Made by a program: the position numbers and the translations under genes. The notes beneath the pieces were generated by a model. The model was not told the origin of the DNA. It ran no database searches and saw only the letters and a list, made by a program, of their open reading frames with translations. A stretch of DNA of 37,840 nt, taken from UHGV virus genome UHGV-0090851. One strand, written 5' to 3'. Shown here piece by piece: positions 36,680 to 37,840 of the stretch (the first letter of the stretch is position 1; every line of letters begins with the position of its first letter). This stretch comes from a virus.

Positions 36680-37251
36680 TGAACAACTTAATGATCGACC
36701 TTGAGACGATGGGGAAAAATAAGGATGCACCGATCGTTTCCATTGGCGCGGTGTTCTTCACTCCAGAAACCGGAGACATCGGACAAGAATTCTATACGGT
36801 TGTTAGCCTGGAAAGTGCTATGGGGCAAGGAGCTACACCTGACGGCGATACCATCCTGTGGTGGTTGAAACAAAGCCCTGAAGCACGAGCTGCAATCTGT
36901 ATTGATGATACTTTGTCGATCAGCGATGCTCTCTCAGAACTAAATCATTTCATTAACCGGCACGCAGACAATACGAAATATTTAAAAGTCTGGGGTAACG
37001 GAGCCACCTTCGACAACGTAATTTTACGTGGAGCTTATGAGCGAGCAGGACAAATCTGCCCGTGGGCATACTGGAATGACCACGATGTACGCACGATCGT
37101 TACGCTTGGGCGTTCCATCGGATTCGACCCCAAAATGGACATGCCTTTCGATGGCGAACGGCACAACGCCCTGGCTGATGCCCGTCATCAGGCAAAATAT
37201 GTTTCCGCTATCTGGCAGAAATTAATTCCTGCCACCAGCACAGAATTATGA
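36679..37251 (+). CDS. 3'-5' exonuclease, DnaQ-like DEDDh family
   Basis: Start at ATG 36679 (SD GGAGG); Exo motifs IDLET (motif I) and HNALADA (motif III). Confidence 0.7.
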   Translation: MNNLMIDLETMGKNKDAPIVSIGAVFFTPETGDIGQEFYTVVSLESAMGQGATPDGDTILWWLKQSPEARAAICIDDTLSISDALSELNHFINRHADNTKYLKVWGNGATFDNVILRGAYERAGQICPWAYWNDHDVRTIVTLGRSIGFDPKMDMPFDGERHNALADARHQAKYVSAIWQKLIPATSTEL

Positions 37252-37287
37252 TTTTCCCGGGTGCAGCCGGTTTTGATGGAGAAAATT

Positions 37288-37569
37288 ATGAACACCTTGT
37301 TTTTACTGATGGCTGAATTCAATACCCCTAACATTGAACTCTCAGCAGTTAGCCAAAAGTACTTTGGCATGAGTCCAGCCACGGCAGAAGCAAAAGCAAA
37401 CGCTTGTAAGTTGCCCGTTCCAACATATCGCATCGGCACATCACAAAAAGCAAAACGTTGCATCAATATTCAGGATCTTGCGGAATACATAGACAAAAGA
37501 CGAGAAGAAGGACGTATCGAGTGGGAACAGGTCAGAACAAGCAAACAGAAGGGCAAAGAACATCACTAA
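37288..37569 (+). CDS. PrtN-family / excisionase-like small DNA-binding protein
   Basis: About 93 aa from ATG 37288 (SD GGAG); MNTLFLLMAEF...KLPVPTYRIG...INIQDLAEYID resembles PrtN-type regulators; last gene of the early-left operon. Confidence 0.5.
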   Translation: MNTLFLLMAEFNTPNIELSAVSQKYFGMSPATAEAKANACKLPVPTYRIGTSQKAKRCINIQDLAEYIDKRREEGRIEWEQVRTSKQKGKEHH

Positions 37570-37577
37570 ATAAAAAA

Positions 37578-37597
37578 CCCGCCTAAAGGCGGGTTTT
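37578..37597. terminator. Bidirectional intrinsic terminator
   Basis: CCCGCC-TAAA-GGCGGG flanked by an A-run upstream and TTTT downstream; sits between convergent genes. Confidence 0.6.
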
Positions 37598-37616
37598 CAA
37601 AAAGCACCAGCTATGA

Positions 37617-37790
37617 TCATGCTGCTTTGCGACGACGAAGCTTACCCTGCTGCTCTTTACCAGAGACAGTAGCGTGAGTGAACGCATTAGGAGCAGCCTT
37701 CATCAGAACTTCAACAGCAGCACCCATACCTGCGAATGCTTTCATTGTGTCGAACTTAACCTGTGGCTTGGTTGCTTTTTGATCTTCCAT
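37617..37790 (-). CDS. Small hypothetical protein, convergent with the early-left operon
   Basis: 57 aa ORF absent from the >=60 aa track: ATG at 37788-37790 with strong SD AGGAG 7 nt upstream; Lys/Arg-rich C-terminus; could be host or phage. Confidence 0.4.
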   Translation of the reverse strand: MEDQKATKPQVKFDTMKAFAGMGAAVEVLMKAAPNAFTHATVSGKEQQGKLRRRKAA

Positions 37791-37840
37791 AGAAAACTCC
37801 TGAAGTTATACCGAAACAATTCCTGTTGTTTACTCATCAT

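Larger units (their letters stand above)
1..37840. mobile_element. Mosaic temperate prophage (lambdoid regulation/replication/lysis, HK97-like head, Mu/P2-like contractile tail); boundaries not resolved
   Basis: Contiguous phage modules fill the window: integrase, structural late operon, lysis cassette, Q, replication, cI/cro switch, early-left accessory operon. No host housekeeping genes recognised. Confidence 0.9.

Noticed and set aside
1-37840. Recognisable multi-gene defence systems (Abi, CBASS, retron, toxin-antitoxin pairs, etc.)
   Set aside because: No large ATPase/nuclease, reverse transcriptase or cyclase-type ORFs were seen; the Cro-like/YdaT-like pair is interpreted as the Cro/CII-position regulators rather than a toxin-antitoxin pair.

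Overview
The window reads as one nearly complete, mosaic temperate prophage of enterobacterial type; no rRNA, tRNA or CRISPR was found. All calls rest on reading the supplied ORF translations and the raw sequence by eye; no database search or folding was run, so family names are recognition-based. Layout, left to right: a tyrosine integrase (50-1147, +) and an SOS-regulated dinI homolog; then a long minus-strand late operon running from about 24.3 kb down to 1.9 kb (Q-dependent promoter pR' and terminator tR', DNA methyltransferase, holin, lambda R-like endolysin, Rz/Rz1 spanins, HNH endonuclease, terminase small and large subunits, portal, prohead protease, HK97-type capsid, head-tail joining proteins, Mu/P2-like contractile tail with sheath, tube, frameshifted chaperone, tape measure, baseplate, tail fibre and assembly protein, ending in a truncated Pin/Gin invertase). 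Upstream of that on the same strand sit the lambdoid early-right genes (Cro-like, YdaT-like, iteron-bearing replication initiator, Dam-like methyltransferase, LexA-N-domain-only protein, RusA, KilA-N, Q). A divergent cI-type repressor (31086-31778, +) is followed by a plus-strand early-left accessory operon (YfdQ-like, HD-domain nucleotidase, PAPS-reductase-like protein, Ea22/DUF551 proteins, DEDDh exonuclease, PrtN/excisionase-like protein). No canonical multi-gene defence system was recognised. The most notable items are an AT-rich secreted-protein moron inside the tail module, a LexA DNA-binding-domain-only paralog paired with a dinI gene carrying two SOS boxes, two orphan DNA methyltransferases, a probable -1 frameshift in the tail chaperone, and an early-left operon lacking any recognisable recombinase. 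Prophage ends (att sites) could not be identified.
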